A DNA stretch of 64,000 bases from the NCBI GenBank assembly GCA_039810085.1, contig JBDHWG010000002.1:96281-160280 (forward strand), in the 5' to 3' direction. This DNA is from Anaerolineae bacterium. Its GTDB lineage: Bacteria; Chloroflexota; Anaerolineae; Epilineales; JAHCIE01. Both the position numbers and the translations under genes were made by a program. Numbering within the stretch: position 1 is the stretch's first letter; each line of letters starts with the position of its first letter. Shown here piece by piece: positions 45,701-54,608 of this stretch. The notes beneath the pieces are model-generated. The model was not told the DNA's origin, searched no databases, and saw only the letters and a program-made list of their open reading frames with translations.

Positions 45701-46264
45701 TTCATGGGCGGGTATGGGCACACGCAGCCGCTCTTCCGAGCGCTTGGGGACAGCGCGGTGCGCGAGGGTGTGGTCGGTGTGGCGGTCTCCGCCGAGCCGA
45801 CGCTGGCCGAAGGGCGCCAGGCGCTCGCCCACCGCGCGGTCTACCTGTCCTTTGGGTTGGAGGGGGTGCAGGCGACGCCGGGCTACACGTCGCGGGACGA
45901 AGTGACGCGCCAGCTGCTCGGCTGGCTGACGGACGAGACCACGCTGAGGCTGAGCGAACCAATGACCACGACCGTTGGGACACCGACGACGCTGACGGCG
46001 ACGGCCACGTCGTCTATCGACGACGCGACGTTCGACCTCTTCCGCTGGGACTTTGGCGACGGCACGATGGTGCAGGAGACGCTCCGTCCCTCGGTTCTCC
46101 ACACCTATTCTCGCCCTGAGACATACACGGTGCGGGTGGAGATGACCGACAGCTATTGGCACACAGCGCTCGCATCGAAAGAAATGGTCATAGTGCGGCC
46201 AACCAGAGATGATCGGCGGCAGCTCTATCTTCCTTATGTGCTGAGAGCTGCTGGTTCTCCGTGA
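42764..46264 (+). CDS. Subtilisin-like serine peptidase (S8 family) with PA-domain insert, large C-terminal region and PKD domain
   Basis: Catalytic triad motifs VAVVDTGI (Asp), HATHVGGTIAG (His) and GTSMATPHVAGSAALL (Ser). The PA-like insert is GKILLVQRGTCLAVEKV...AVVIYE. The PKD-like segment is FDLFRWDFGDGT...YTVRVEMTD. It has a signal/TM N-terminus and ends ...QLYLPYVLRAAGSP. Confidence 0.85.
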   Translation: MPSMSKAFRATIVTVLALALALFALGLLRVEAGSPATPTGQPTADFAWDDLARPPMTSNVRFSGRYLVQLADPPLASYKGGITGLAATAPSATGAAKLATASAATQAYVSHLQAQQAAVEAALKQAAPASTVERHYQTLFNGLAVRMSASDAEKVRGLAGVKAVVPDQSYSLLMDHSLPLIGAPQLWQQLGGAAEAGRGVKVAVVDTGIYISHTLFNPAGFQYPPGFPKGDTRFTTPKVIASRAYFRPNDPPRPGHETPLPDPGADFSHATHVGGTIAGAVNTTAILTGEVGATYGVTHTISGVAPGAWLMNYKVFYAGVSGEKDAYSAELIAALEDAVLDGADVISNSWGGDHIGASWVDPIVQAAEAAVDAGVVVVFAAGNSGSAPVTLSSPAVSPRVITVGASSTPITLTYPAGRINVTAPTPVITSVVGLIMKGMVDLGPPVTRTVGPLPYVWAGAVTDDHDPDGCHLDGTSPYTGQALEGKILLVQRGTCLAVEKVRHAQAAGARAVVIYERTDWSWDSNCYTCQDVVIPVVSTLKDEGHALVDWYTRYPTEAQLEISVEPRYVPVPADAVTYFSSRGPTPDLRLKPDVIAPGLYIVSGGYGPGDNPHAGFGVASGTSMATPHVAGSAALLRQLHPDWSPDQVKSALMTTARIEGLHAESSGKVSTLLDTGAGRIDLRHAGDPGVTLDTPSLVAQPRQGTTLRQTVHGKSVAEDEETYAVTISRTVGADTGVILRPAVSQVQVAPGASLDLEVQWAVAPDAAPGDYEGLIWLRGAHHTAHIPYWVRVLPAQRHSVLLLDQDGSSATTSGGPYPDYARVYTETLERLGIRYTYFDGDKEHLAERFSVGDLLQYQAVIWFTGDSRITHGDFKTWLDQQWLIDYLNSGGRLLATGQNLATVASLYSAPGESLLYQGYLAAEHVQDNVFAGQGGAPTPTQRTVRALEAAPFLAGMTLDLSGGNQDAIDEIAPNEGWDVFMGGYGHTQPLFRALGDSAVREGVVGVAVSAEPTLAEGRQALAHRAVYLSFGLEGVQATPGYTSRDEVTRQLLGWLTDETTLRLSEPMTTTVGTPTTLTATATSSIDDATFDLFRWDFGDGTMVQETLRPSVLHTYSRPETYTVRVEMTDSYWHTALASKEMVIVRPTRDDRRQLYLPYVLRAAGSP

Positions 46265-46298
46265 CCGAGACGGCCAGAGGCGCTTCTGGCCGTCTCGG
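46265..46298. terminator. GC-rich hairpin (14-bp perfect stem, 6-nt loop) between convergent genes; probable bidirectional intrinsic terminator lacking a U-tract
   Basis: CCGAGACGGCCAGA-ggcgct-TCTGGCCGTCTCGG lies immediately after the TGA of the S8 protease gene and 80 nt from the end of the convergent LVIVD gene. Confidence 0.45.
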
Positions 46299-46380
46299 CC
46301 CACAGTCGGCATACCACCCTTGGAGCTACACCACCCAGGGGTGTGCGCCCCTGGGTCTGTCATGTTGGATCAAGACGGTC

Positions 46381-48300
46381 CTACTGGCCGGCGGCCCTTA
46401 CCACCAACAACCCATTCGAGGTGTCCGCCAGGTAGACGAGGCCGTTTTCCAGGTCGAGACTTGCCACCCGGCCATTGTCGCTTGGGTCATAGGAGGCCAC
46501 CTCGCGCACCTTGTTCGGGTCGGCGACGTCCAGCACGCGCAGGCCGGCGTCTCCATTCGCCAGGTAGGCGTAACGTCCGACCACTTTGAGGTCCCCCGTA
46601 GTTCCCGCCATTGCGTAAGTCGCCAGAAGCGTCGGCGCGGCTGGGTTAGACACATCCAGGATGCGCAGGCCCGCGTTATACGCCTGGAGGTACGCCCGAT
46701 TACCCTGAACGTCCAGGACTTCAGAGGGACTACTGTATACCCCTACCATGCGCGGCGCGGCGGGGTCCGACACGTCGATGATCCAGAAGCTGCCCCCCAC
46801 CACATAGGCATACTGCCCGACGACCTTCACATCGCGGAAAGGTTGATACTCTGGATTCGGAACAGTAAAAGCTCCCACTTCATGGGGAGAAGCCGGGTCT
46901 ACCACGTCGATGATGCGAAGGCCGCTTCTATGGTCGGCAATGTAGGCATAATGGCCCTGCACAAAGACGCCGGCGGCTTCGCTAGGCATATCGTAAAAGC
47001 TGAGCTCGCGCACGTGGCGCGGGTCAGTGATGTCGAGGATGCGCAGGCCATCCCCATCCGTCAGATAGGCCAGGTGGCCGAGGATCATCATATCGGTGGG
47101 CGCCCACTGTGCGTAGTTCGCTACTTCCACCGGCTGCGCGGGCTGCGTCACATCCACAACGTGCAGCCCCGTCCAACTGGCGGCGACGTAGGCCATCGAG
47201 CCTGCTACGCGAACCAGATAAGCCTGCTCCGGCGCGAGATACGCACCCAGGAGGGTCGGCGCCGACGGCTGCGCGACGTCGAGGATTTGCAGCCCCGCGC
47301 CCGCGGCCAGGTAAGCCTTGTCGCCCACCACCTGGGTCATCGTCACACTCGTGTCGAAAGCGGCCACCCGCACCGGGTTGGTCGGGTCTGCGATGTCGAC
47401 GACCCGCAAACGAAACCCCGCCACCAGGGCGTAGTGGCCGACGATGTCCACATCCACGGACGTCGACAGGCGGATGGCGCCGACTTGCGTCGGCTGGGTC
47501 GGGTCGCTCACGTCGATGATGCCCAGGCCATAGTCGTCATCGACGATGTAGACGTAGTGGCCCGCGACCGTCAGGGCCACGGCGTCACTCTGCGCGTCTA
47601 GGTGGCTCACCCGCGTCGGCGCGGTGGGTGTGCTCACGTCGAGAATCCACAGCCCGCTGTTGTTGTCGGCAATGTAGGCGTAGCGCCCCACCACGACCAC
47701 ATCGTTGAAGTAGTCGGCGTCGAAGTGGCCGATCTCGACTGGGGCCGTCGGCTGGGTCAGGTCCAGGACGCGCAGTCCGCCCTGGTAGTCAGCGACGTAG
47801 GCCAGGTGGTCGACGATGTCGATGGCCGAGGCCGAGCCAGGCGTGTCGTAGACAGCGACGGGCTGCGGCGCTGTCGGCGTGACCAGGTCCAGAATGTGAA
47901 TGCCCGACGGACCGGCCGCTATGTAGGCATAACGGCCGACAACAACAATATCGCCCACGTGCTCATAACCCAACCACAGGGGGGTGCCCACCGGGTGGGG
48001 CGTCGTAGGGTCGGCGATGTCGAACACGAGCAGTTGAGGACCGAGCGCGACATAGGCCAGACTGCCGCTGACAGCAACGGCGGTAGCCCCGCCGCCAAAC
48101 TGGCCGACGCGTTCCAACTCCTGGGGCGGGGGCAAGTGGCTGCCCTGCATCACCAGGGGGAAGTAGAGCTGCGTATTGGCGGGCGGCTCGGCGGCGCGCG
48201 ACGAGCTGGTCAGGAAACCCAGTAGGACGAGGCTGACAACGAAGGCCAGCGTTTGCAGCAATAGGCCAGCACGTCTAGGCCCTGCCAACCAACGAGACAT
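46381..48300 (-). CDS. LVIVD-repeat beta-propeller protein, secreted
   Basis: More than ten repeats of the pattern G.YAY.A....GL.I.DVS.P..P... The N-terminal signal sequence is followed by ...TQLYFPLVMQG. Confidence 0.75.
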   Translation of the reverse strand: MSRWLAGPRRAGLLLQTLAFVVSLVLLGFLTSSSRAAEPPANTQLYFPLVMQGSHLPPPQELERVGQFGGGATAVAVSGSLAYVALGPQLLVFDIADPTTPHPVGTPLWLGYEHVGDIVVVGRYAYIAAGPSGIHILDLVTPTAPQPVAVYDTPGSASAIDIVDHLAYVADYQGGLRVLDLTQPTAPVEIGHFDADYFNDVVVVGRYAYIADNNSGLWILDVSTPTAPTRVSHLDAQSDAVALTVAGHYVYIVDDDYGLGIIDVSDPTQPTQVGAIRLSTSVDVDIVGHYALVAGFRLRVVDIADPTNPVRVAAFDTSVTMTQVVGDKAYLAAGAGLQILDVAQPSAPTLLGAYLAPEQAYLVRVAGSMAYVAASWTGLHVVDVTQPAQPVEVANYAQWAPTDMMILGHLAYLTDGDGLRILDITDPRHVRELSFYDMPSEAAGVFVQGHYAYIADHRSGLRIIDVVDPASPHEVGAFTVPNPEYQPFRDVKVVGQYAYVVGGSFWIIDVSDPAAPRMVGVYSSPSEVLDVQGNRAYLQAYNAGLRILDVSNPAAPTLLATYAMAGTTGDLKVVGRYAYLANGDAGLRVLDVADPNKVREVASYDPSDNGRVASLDLENGLVYLADTSNGLLVVRAAGQ

Positions 48301-48429
48301 CTTTACTCTCCCTTGAGCAGATAGTTGAGGTGTCGGTAATTCCGACGTAACACCATCTTAACTCAAAAACAGAGCGTTGAGAATAGGAAGTATCCAGGGT
48401 GTCATACCCCTGAAAACCCTGGTGTCAAG

Positions 48430-49122
48430 TTAGGACGTGTTTCGCTTGCCACGCATCTCGCGCTCGACGTACCAGCGCACAGCCTCCGTGCGCCCACGCA
48501 CTCCGAGTCTTGCATATACCTGCGACAGGTGCTCCTCGACGGTCGATCGTTGCACCCCCAGCGCCTGGGCGATCTCCTTGTTGGCCTGTCCCTCGGCTGC
48601 CAGACGCAATACGTCCCACTGTCGAGGTGTTAGCGACGGCTCATCTGTTACCCCAAGTCCCATGTGAGGCCAATGGTGGCGCGAGCAACCGGGTCGTCCC
48701 CGGAGCAGGAACGGCACGATAGCCGAACTGTACCACGTCTGGTCGCTTGCAATGGCCCGCACCGCATCGCCCACCCGCGCCAGATCTTCACCGTGGTACA
48801 GATAACCATGCACCCCAGCTGCCACCATCTGGAGGACACACTCCTCGTCTAAGGGACCGAAGGCCAGCACCGCAGTGTGTGGCATCAACCGGACGATGGT
48901 ATCCACACGCGCATCCAGGCTGTCGCTTAGGTCGCAGTCCAGAACGACAACATCAGGCCGCAGAACCACAACAGCCCGTGCGGCCGCGTCCGCATCATCC
49001 ACCTCAGCCACAATCTCGACCTCGTTCTCCGCCTCCAGCACCTCTCTCAACCCGTTGCGTTCGATGGGCTTCGCCAGCGCCAGCACCACCCGCACCGGGT
49101 AAGACGGCATATCTTGGGACAC
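48430..49122 (-). CDS. LuxR/NarL-family response regulator (receiver + LuxR-type HTH)
   Basis: The N-terminal receiver-like domain has the acidic pocket VVLDCDL. The C-terminal HTH is LTPRQWDVLRLAAEGQANKEIAQALGVQRSTVEEHLSQVYARLGV. Confidence 0.7.
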   Translation of the reverse strand: MSQDMPSYPVRVVLALAKPIERNGLREVLEAENEVEIVAEVDDADAAARAVVVLRPDVVVLDCDLSDSLDARVDTIVRLMPHTAVLAFGPLDEECVLQMVAAGVHGYLYHGEDLARVGDAVRAIASDQTWYSSAIVPFLLRGRPGCSRHHWPHMGLGVTDEPSLTPRQWDVLRLAAEGQANKEIAQALGVQRSTVEEHLSQVYARLGVRGRTEAVRWYVEREMRGKRNTS

Positions 49123-49263
49123 GTCTCTCTCCTACCCCCTGACATCGTAGCTTCCACCGTCCATCAGTAGGACGCATATTATTGTCATTTTCTTCCTCTA
49201 TCAAGCCGTCGATGATAGCTGGACGGGAGGCAAGTTTGAGCGACGGCTTATAGCGGTATACAA

Positions 49264-50166
49264 TTGGGCCATATGTCCAGTAAGTGCCCTGGTTTGCGCT
49301 GCCTCAGCGCCCTCATCGTTCTGCTGCTGGCCCTGTGGCTCATGCCGCTGACGGCCTTTGCCCACGGCGTGACCGTCGACGGCAGCCCGGCCGACTGGGT
49401 TGGCAAGCCGCCGACCAACGGCTACGATCCGGCCAGCGGCGAGTGGCTCTGGCGCGCGCCGTCATCCACCAACGCCATCCAGGAGATGCGCGTCACGGGC
49501 GACGCCGGCTACCTCTATCTGCTGGTGCGGCTGAATGAGTTGCGCGCCAATACGGGCGACGGCGCGCCCCTCGTGCAGGTCGCCGTGGACACGGACCGTC
49601 AGCCCAACTCAGGCGCGTCGGTCTTTGCCGGCCTGACCTCGACGCGCCTGATGCCCAGCGTCGCCACCTGGGAGCGCCTCGTCCGCACCTCGTTTGGCAA
49701 GAACCAGGCGCGGCCTGCCGTCCTCGACACCAACTTCAACGATGTCGGCGCTGAGGACAATCTCGCCATCCTGTCCCCGGTGCACAAGAGCATCGAGATG
49801 CGCATCCGCTGGAGCGACCTGGGCGTTCGGCCCCCCGCTGTGTTGCGCTTCACCGTGGCGGCCTTCACCGCCGACCACCGCGACAACGTCTTGCCCGAAG
49901 GTGCGCCGGCGCTCGGCGTCGTCGCCGTCGGCGATGACCCCGGCATCGTCGGCGACCGCGTTGCGGCCTACGTGGACATCAACTTCCGCGCGGACGGCTC
50001 GGCCGGCGCACCACCGCCGCCCCTGCATGTAGGCGAGTGGAACATACCCCTTCCGCCGCTCCTGCGTGAGCCGCTCATCTACGCGGCAGCGATTGGGATT
50101 GTGCTGGTCATCCTTGGGATTCTTCTGAAATGGCGGGGGCGTCCTCGGTCGTACTGGTGGGGATAG
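49264..50166 (+). CDS. Secreted hypothetical protein with C-terminal TM anchor
   Basis: Signal peptide LSALIVLLLALWLMPLTAFAHG. The C-terminal helix YAAAIGIVLVILGILL is followed by KWRGRPRSYWWG. Confidence 0.5.
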   Translation: MGHMSSKCPGLRCLSALIVLLLALWLMPLTAFAHGVTVDGSPADWVGKPPTNGYDPASGEWLWRAPSSTNAIQEMRVTGDAGYLYLLVRLNELRANTGDGAPLVQVAVDTDRQPNSGASVFAGLTSTRLMPSVATWERLVRTSFGKNQARPAVLDTNFNDVGAEDNLAILSPVHKSIEMRIRWSDLGVRPPAVLRFTVAAFTADHRDNVLPEGAPALGVVAVGDDPGIVGDRVAAYVDINFRADGSAGAPPPPLHVGEWNIPLPPLLREPLIYAAAIGIVLVILGILLKWRGRPRSYWWG

Positions 50167-50172
50167 CGAGGG

Positions 50173-50823
50173 TTAGTTGTCGCGGATGAAGATGCGCTCG
50201 GCGGTCGCGCGGCTGATGGTATGAAGCTCATCCCCGATGCGGACCGTGAGGTCCCCTGACGGCGTGCGGCCGACAACCTCGACCACCACGCCCGGCAGGA
50301 GGCCGATAGAAGCTAGGTAGCGCAACAGGGCCGCATCCTCGTCGATGACCTCGGCCACGATGACGCGCTGCTCCGCAAGCGCATTCGACAGGCGGCGCGT
50401 CGGCTCGGCGGCAATCGAGCCGTCTTTGTCGGGAATAGGCGCGCCATGCGGGTCCACGCGCGGGTTGCCCAGGGCGGCGGCCATGCGGTCGGCCACCGAC
50501 GGCGAGATGGCATGCTCGAGGCGGTTGGCCTCCGCGTGGACCTCATCCCACGGTACGCCCAGCGCCTCGGCCAGGTACAGCTCGACCAGCCGATGGTGGC
50601 GGATGACCTCGAGCGCGATCTTGCGCCCGGCGGGGGTCAGGATGACGCCGCGATACGGCGTGTGCTCCACGAGGCGCATCTCGGCCAGCTTCTTGATCAT
50701 GCCGCTCACCGAGGCCGGCGCGACATCGAGGCGCTCGGCAATGGCCGATGTCGTCGCCTCCCCCTCTTCGCGCACAAGCTCGTAGATGACCTTCAAATAG
50801 TCTTCGACTGCGGACGTAACCAT
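50173..50823 (-). CDS. DtxR/IdeR/MntR-family metal-dependent transcriptional repressor with C-terminal FeoA/SH3-like domain
   Basis: MVTSAVEDYLKVIYELVREEGEATTSAIAERLDVAPASVSGMIKKLAEMRLVEH is the DtxR wHTH. The dimerisation region is HRLVELYL. The start is probably the internal ATG at 50823 rather than the ORF start at 50841. Confidence 0.8.
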   Translation of the reverse strand: MVTSAVEDYLKVIYELVREEGEATTSAIAERLDVAPASVSGMIKKLAEMRLVEHTPYRGVILTPAGRKIALEVIRHHRLVELYLAEALGVPWDEVHAEANRLEHAISPSVADRMAAALGNPRVDPHGAPIPDKDGSIAAEPTRRLSNALAEQRVIVAEVIDEDAALLRYLASIGLLPGVVVEVVGRTPSGDLTVRIGDELHTISRATAERIFIRDN

Positions 50824-50931
50824 GCTGACTCCTGGGTACACACCGGGCCGCGCCTTCGATTATAGGCGATAGACGTGCGACTGTCAAAGGCACTCCCTAC
50901 TGGCGTGAAACAGTCTACCGCCAGCGCCTCT

Positions 50932-50961
50932 TTGACCGTCAGACCCGTCGAGTGCTAGAAT
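50932..50961 (+). promoter_or_regulatory. Candidate promoter (TTGACC-18-TAGAAT) upstream of aldehyde dehydrogenase gene
   Basis: Direct reading of the intergenic region. A GGAGGT SD lies 7 nt before the ATG at 51007. Confidence 0.3.
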
Positions 50962-51006
50962 ACGAGCCAATCATTTTCCCGAATCACCACTTTGGAGGTT
51001 ATCCCA

Positions 51007-52497
51007 ATGCTAGAGCTTGAACCCATTCTACCATCGGTGGAAACGTGGCTGTCGCAGCCACGCAAGATGCTCATTGGCGGCGAGTGGGTGGACGCGGCCA
51101 GCGGCAAGACCTTCCCGGCCTACAACCCGGCGACGGGTGAGGCGCTTGCCCAGGTTGCCGAGGCCGACGCGGAGGACATCAACCGTGCCGTTCGCGCCGC
51201 CCGCGCCGCCTTCGCCGACGGCAGCCCGTGGCGCCGCATGACACCGGCCCAGCGTGGGAAGTTGCTGTGGCGCGTGGCTGACCTGATGGACGCGAACCGC
51301 GAAGAGCTGGCCCAACTAGAGACGCTCAACAATGGGCGCTCCATCCGCGTCAGCCGCAGCGACGTGCCGTTTAGCGCCGAGTGGTTCCGCTACTACGCCG
51401 GTTGGCCGACCAAGCTCCAGGGCGACACGATCCCCGTCTCTATCCCCAACCGCCTCAACTACACGCTGCGCGAGCCGGTCGGCGTCGTCGGCCTGATTAT
51501 CCCGTGGAACTTCCCTTTGATGATGGCCGTCTGGAAGCTCGCGCCAGCCCTCGCAGCGGGCTGCACCGTCATCCTCAAGCCCGCCGAGCAGACGCCCCTG
51601 TCGGCGCTCCGCCTGGGCGAGATGTTCCTCGAAGCGGGCTTCCCGCCCGGCGTCGTCAACGTCGTCCCCGGCTATGGTGAGACGGCGGGCGCGGCGCTCA
51701 CGTCGCACCCTGACGTGGACAAGGTTGCGTTCACAGGCTCGACCGAGGTCGGGCGCAAGATCGTCCAGGCAGCGGCGGGCAACCTCAAGCGCGTCTCCCT
51801 GGAACTGGGCGGCAAGTCGCCCGACGTCGTGTTCGCCGATGCCAATCTCGACGCAGCCGCGCGCGGCGCGACCTTCGCTATCTTCTCCAACATGGGCCAG
51901 TCGTGCATCGCCGGCTCGCGCCTGTTCGTGGAGAGCAGCGTGCGCGAGGAGTTCGTCGAGCGCGTGGCCGAGCGCACCCGCGGCCTGCGCGTCGGACCGG
52001 GGCTGAGCACGAAAGCCCACCTTGGCCCCCTCATCAGCCAGGAGCAGCTTGCCCGCGTCCAGAGTTACATCAGCAGTGGCGTCGAGGAAGGCGCGCGCAT
52101 CCACATTGGCGGCGAGCGCATCGCCGAGCTGGGCAATGGCTACTTCCTCCAGCCGACCATCTTCACGGACGTGCACGACGACATGCGCATCGTCCAGGAG
52201 GAAATCTTCGGCCCGGTCGTCGCCGTCACTACCTTTGAGAGCATAGAGGATCTGGCGCCGCGCGCTAACGGGACGCAATATGGCCTGGCGGCCGGCATTT
52301 GGACGCGTGACATCGGCAAGGCGCATCGGCTGGCCGCGGCGCTCAAGGCGGGCACGGTGTGGATCAACTGCTACGACCAGTTCGATGCGGCAGCCCCCTT
52401 CGGCGGCTACAAGCAGAGCGGCTGGGGGCGTGAGATGGGCCGCGCGGCGCTCGACCTGTACACAGAGACCAAGTCGGTCTGGGTCGCGCTCGACTGA
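51007..52497 (+). CDS. NAD(P)+-dependent aldehyde dehydrogenase
   Basis: Catalytic Glu motif VSLELGGKSP. Catalytic Cys motif FSNMGQSCIAGSRLFV. NAD-binding FTGSTEVGRKI. The SD favours the start at 51007. Confidence 0.9.
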   Translation: MLELEPILPSVETWLSQPRKMLIGGEWVDAASGKTFPAYNPATGEALAQVAEADAEDINRAVRAARAAFADGSPWRRMTPAQRGKLLWRVADLMDANREELAQLETLNNGRSIRVSRSDVPFSAEWFRYYAGWPTKLQGDTIPVSIPNRLNYTLREPVGVVGLIIPWNFPLMMAVWKLAPALAAGCTVILKPAEQTPLSALRLGEMFLEAGFPPGVVNVVPGYGETAGAALTSHPDVDKVAFTGSTEVGRKIVQAAAGNLKRVSLELGGKSPDVVFADANLDAAARGATFAIFSNMGQSCIAGSRLFVESSVREEFVERVAERTRGLRVGPGLSTKAHLGPLISQEQLARVQSYISSGVEEGARIHIGGERIAELGNGYFLQPTIFTDVHDDMRIVQEEIFGPVVAVTTFESIEDLAPRANGTQYGLAAGIWTRDIGKAHRLAAALKAGTVWINCYDQFDAAAPFGGYKQSGWGREMGRAALDLYTETKSVWVALD

Positions 52498-52498
52498 G

Positions 52499-54571
52499 AT
52501 GAGCACGCCTCCTAGGCGTTCCGTTTCGTCCCGGCGGACGCAGGTCAGCGATGACCTCTCCGCCGGGTGGCTCAAGCAGCGCTTCCGACGGCGTGAACCC
52601 CGCTATCTGCTGCTCACCCTGCTGGCGCTGCTGGCGGGGTTTGCGCTGCGTGTCTATCTCCTCAACGGCCAGGACCTATGGGGCGACGAGGCGTTCACCC
52701 TGTCGGTCATCAGTTTGCTGTTCCGCCAGGTGCTCTCCACCAGTATCGACACCCACCCGCCATTCTACTATGCGCTGCTCCATCCCTGGGGACAGCTTGG
52801 CCTCAACGTCTTTAGCCTGCGCTTCCTGTCCGTCGCCCTCTCCCTGCCCATGATCCCTCTCGCCTACCTGACGGGGGCCTGGCTGTTCGACCGTCGGGCG
52901 GGCGTCGCGGCAGCGTGGCTCATGGCCTTCGCCCCGCTCCAGGTGTATTACGCCCAGGAGCTGCGCATGTACTCGGCGGCGGGGCTGTTCGCCCTCGCCT
53001 CCACCGTCTTGCTCATCGCCCTGGTTCGCGGGCGCGGCAGGCGCTGGTGGGCGGCCTACGTCGTTGTCACCCTGCTGGGCATGTACACCCACTACGAGGT
53101 GTTCTACATCTTTCCTGCCCAGGCCGCCGCTGCTCTCATCGCCTGGCGTCCGCGCCGCAATCAGCAGTTCAGTACGACCCAACTCACCCAGACCATCGAG
53201 GCGCCAGTCGTGACTCCAGTGGGCGCCAACGGCTATACGTCTGCCAACGGCGCCATGGCAAACGGGCGGACAACTCGCCGCGAGACGCATGGGCGACACC
53301 TATGGCTCTGGCTGGGCGTGATGGCAGTGCTCGCCCTGGCCTACGTGCCGTGGGTCGTCGGCCACGCGAGCTTCCTGCTTGGCCACTCCAGCGGCAAGCC
53401 GTGGGCGTGGAGCCTCGGCGAGTTCGGTACAATCTGGGATCGCGGCCTGGAGTCGTATGCCACCGGGCTGACGCTGCCGTGGGGCGCGAATATCGCCGTC
53501 GTATTATGGCTGGGCCTGGCTATCGTGGGCCTGGCGGCCCTGTACCAGCGTAACCGCCTGTGGGCGCTGGCCTTGCTGGGCCTGGGTGTCCTCTCGCCGC
53601 TGTTCCTCGGCTGGCTGGTGGATCCGGCCATGCCCTTCTTCCACGAGCGGTTCGTCCTTGTCGGCGCAGCCTCGCTGCTGGTCGCCGTTGCCGGTGGCAT
53701 CGAGGCGCTGTGGCGCATCCGCCACTGGCTCGGCCCGGCTGCGATGCTCCTTCTCCTCGCCATCGACGCCGTCGCGCTCTTCAACTGGTACACCAACCTT
53801 GAGTACGTTAAGAGTGACTATGGGCAGGCGATGGCGCAGATTAAGGCGCAGGCTGCGCCCGGCGACCTGATTGCTCTGAGCAACGCGGAGCAGACGGCGC
53901 TGTTCGACTTTTACGCCCCGCCGGGCATTCCCAGCGTCGTCCTCGACCCGCAGCGCCTCGACCCGCAGCTCGCGCAGGCCACTCAGGGCAAGGCGCGCGT
54001 CTGGCTGGTCACCTACGGGTCGGCCGTCAACGACCCGCAGCGGCCGGCGGAGGCGTGGCTGTCGGCCCACGGCTACCGCGCCGGCTTCGAGTCCCACAAG
54101 GGCTTCGAGGTCGCGCAGTATCTCCTAGCGAGCGCGACACCTACCACGCCCGCCCTCCCCCTGGATGCACGCTTTGCCGACGGTATCCACCTCGTCGGCG
54201 CGGATGTCACGCCCCAGACAATTCAGCCGGGCGGCACACTCCTGGTGACGCTGTTCTGGCAGGCCGACACCCCGCCCCAGAAGCGCTACACGGTCTTTAC
54301 CCAGCTCATCGACGCTGGCGGCCGCCTGGTCGCCGGGTTCGACGGCGAGCCGGCCGGCGGGAGCGCGCCGACCACCGGCTGGAAGCCGAATACAACCGTC
54401 ATCGACCGCCGCGCCATCGCCCTGCCCGCCGACCTTCCACCCGGCCCCCTGAGCGTTCGTGTTGGACTGTATGCCTGGCCGGACACGACGCGCTTGCCCG
54501 TCACGTCCGCTAGCACGCCCATTACCGACAACGCCGTCGAAGTCATGACGGTGCAAGCGTCGCCGCGCTAA
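52499..54571 (+). CDS. Polytopic membrane glycosyltransferase, GT39/ArnT-like (PMT_2 family), with C-terminal extracytoplasmic domain
   Basis: The ATG is 1 nt after the ALDH stop. It has more than ten TM helices. The DE-containing first loop (LWGDEAF) and the architecture fit ArnT/PMT-type lipid-linked-sugar transferases. Confidence 0.65.
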   Translation: MSTPPRRSVSSRRTQVSDDLSAGWLKQRFRRREPRYLLLTLLALLAGFALRVYLLNGQDLWGDEAFTLSVISLLFRQVLSTSIDTHPPFYYALLHPWGQLGLNVFSLRFLSVALSLPMIPLAYLTGAWLFDRRAGVAAAWLMAFAPLQVYYAQELRMYSAAGLFALASTVLLIALVRGRGRRWWAAYVVVTLLGMYTHYEVFYIFPAQAAAALIAWRPRRNQQFSTTQLTQTIEAPVVTPVGANGYTSANGAMANGRTTRRETHGRHLWLWLGVMAVLALAYVPWVVGHASFLLGHSSGKPWAWSLGEFGTIWDRGLESYATGLTLPWGANIAVVLWLGLAIVGLAALYQRNRLWALALLGLGVLSPLFLGWLVDPAMPFFHERFVLVGAASLLVAVAGGIEALWRIRHWLGPAAMLLLLAIDAVALFNWYTNLEYVKSDYGQAMAQIKAQAAPGDLIALSNAEQTALFDFYAPPGIPSVVLDPQRLDPQLAQATQGKARVWLVTYGSAVNDPQRPAEAWLSAHGYRAGFESHKGFEVAQYLLASATPTTPALPLDARFADGIHLVGADVTPQTIQPGGTLLVTLFWQADTPPQKRYTVFTQLIDAGGRLVAGFDGEPAGGSAPTTGWKPNTTVIDRRAIALPADLPPGPLSVRVGLYAWPDTTRLPVTSASTPITDNAVEVMTVQASPR

Positions 54572-54608
54572 AAATGGAACCACGGAAGGCACAGAATAAA
54601 GAATTCTA

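Noticed and set aside
43151-46363. Minus-strand ORFs 43151..44176, 44210..44749, 44780..45376 and 45476..46363
   Set aside because: They are antisense to the S8 protease gene, which carries a complete catalytic triad.
51316-52575. 419-aa minus-strand ORF
   Set aside because: It is antisense to the aldehyde dehydrogenase gene, which has canonical catalytic motifs.
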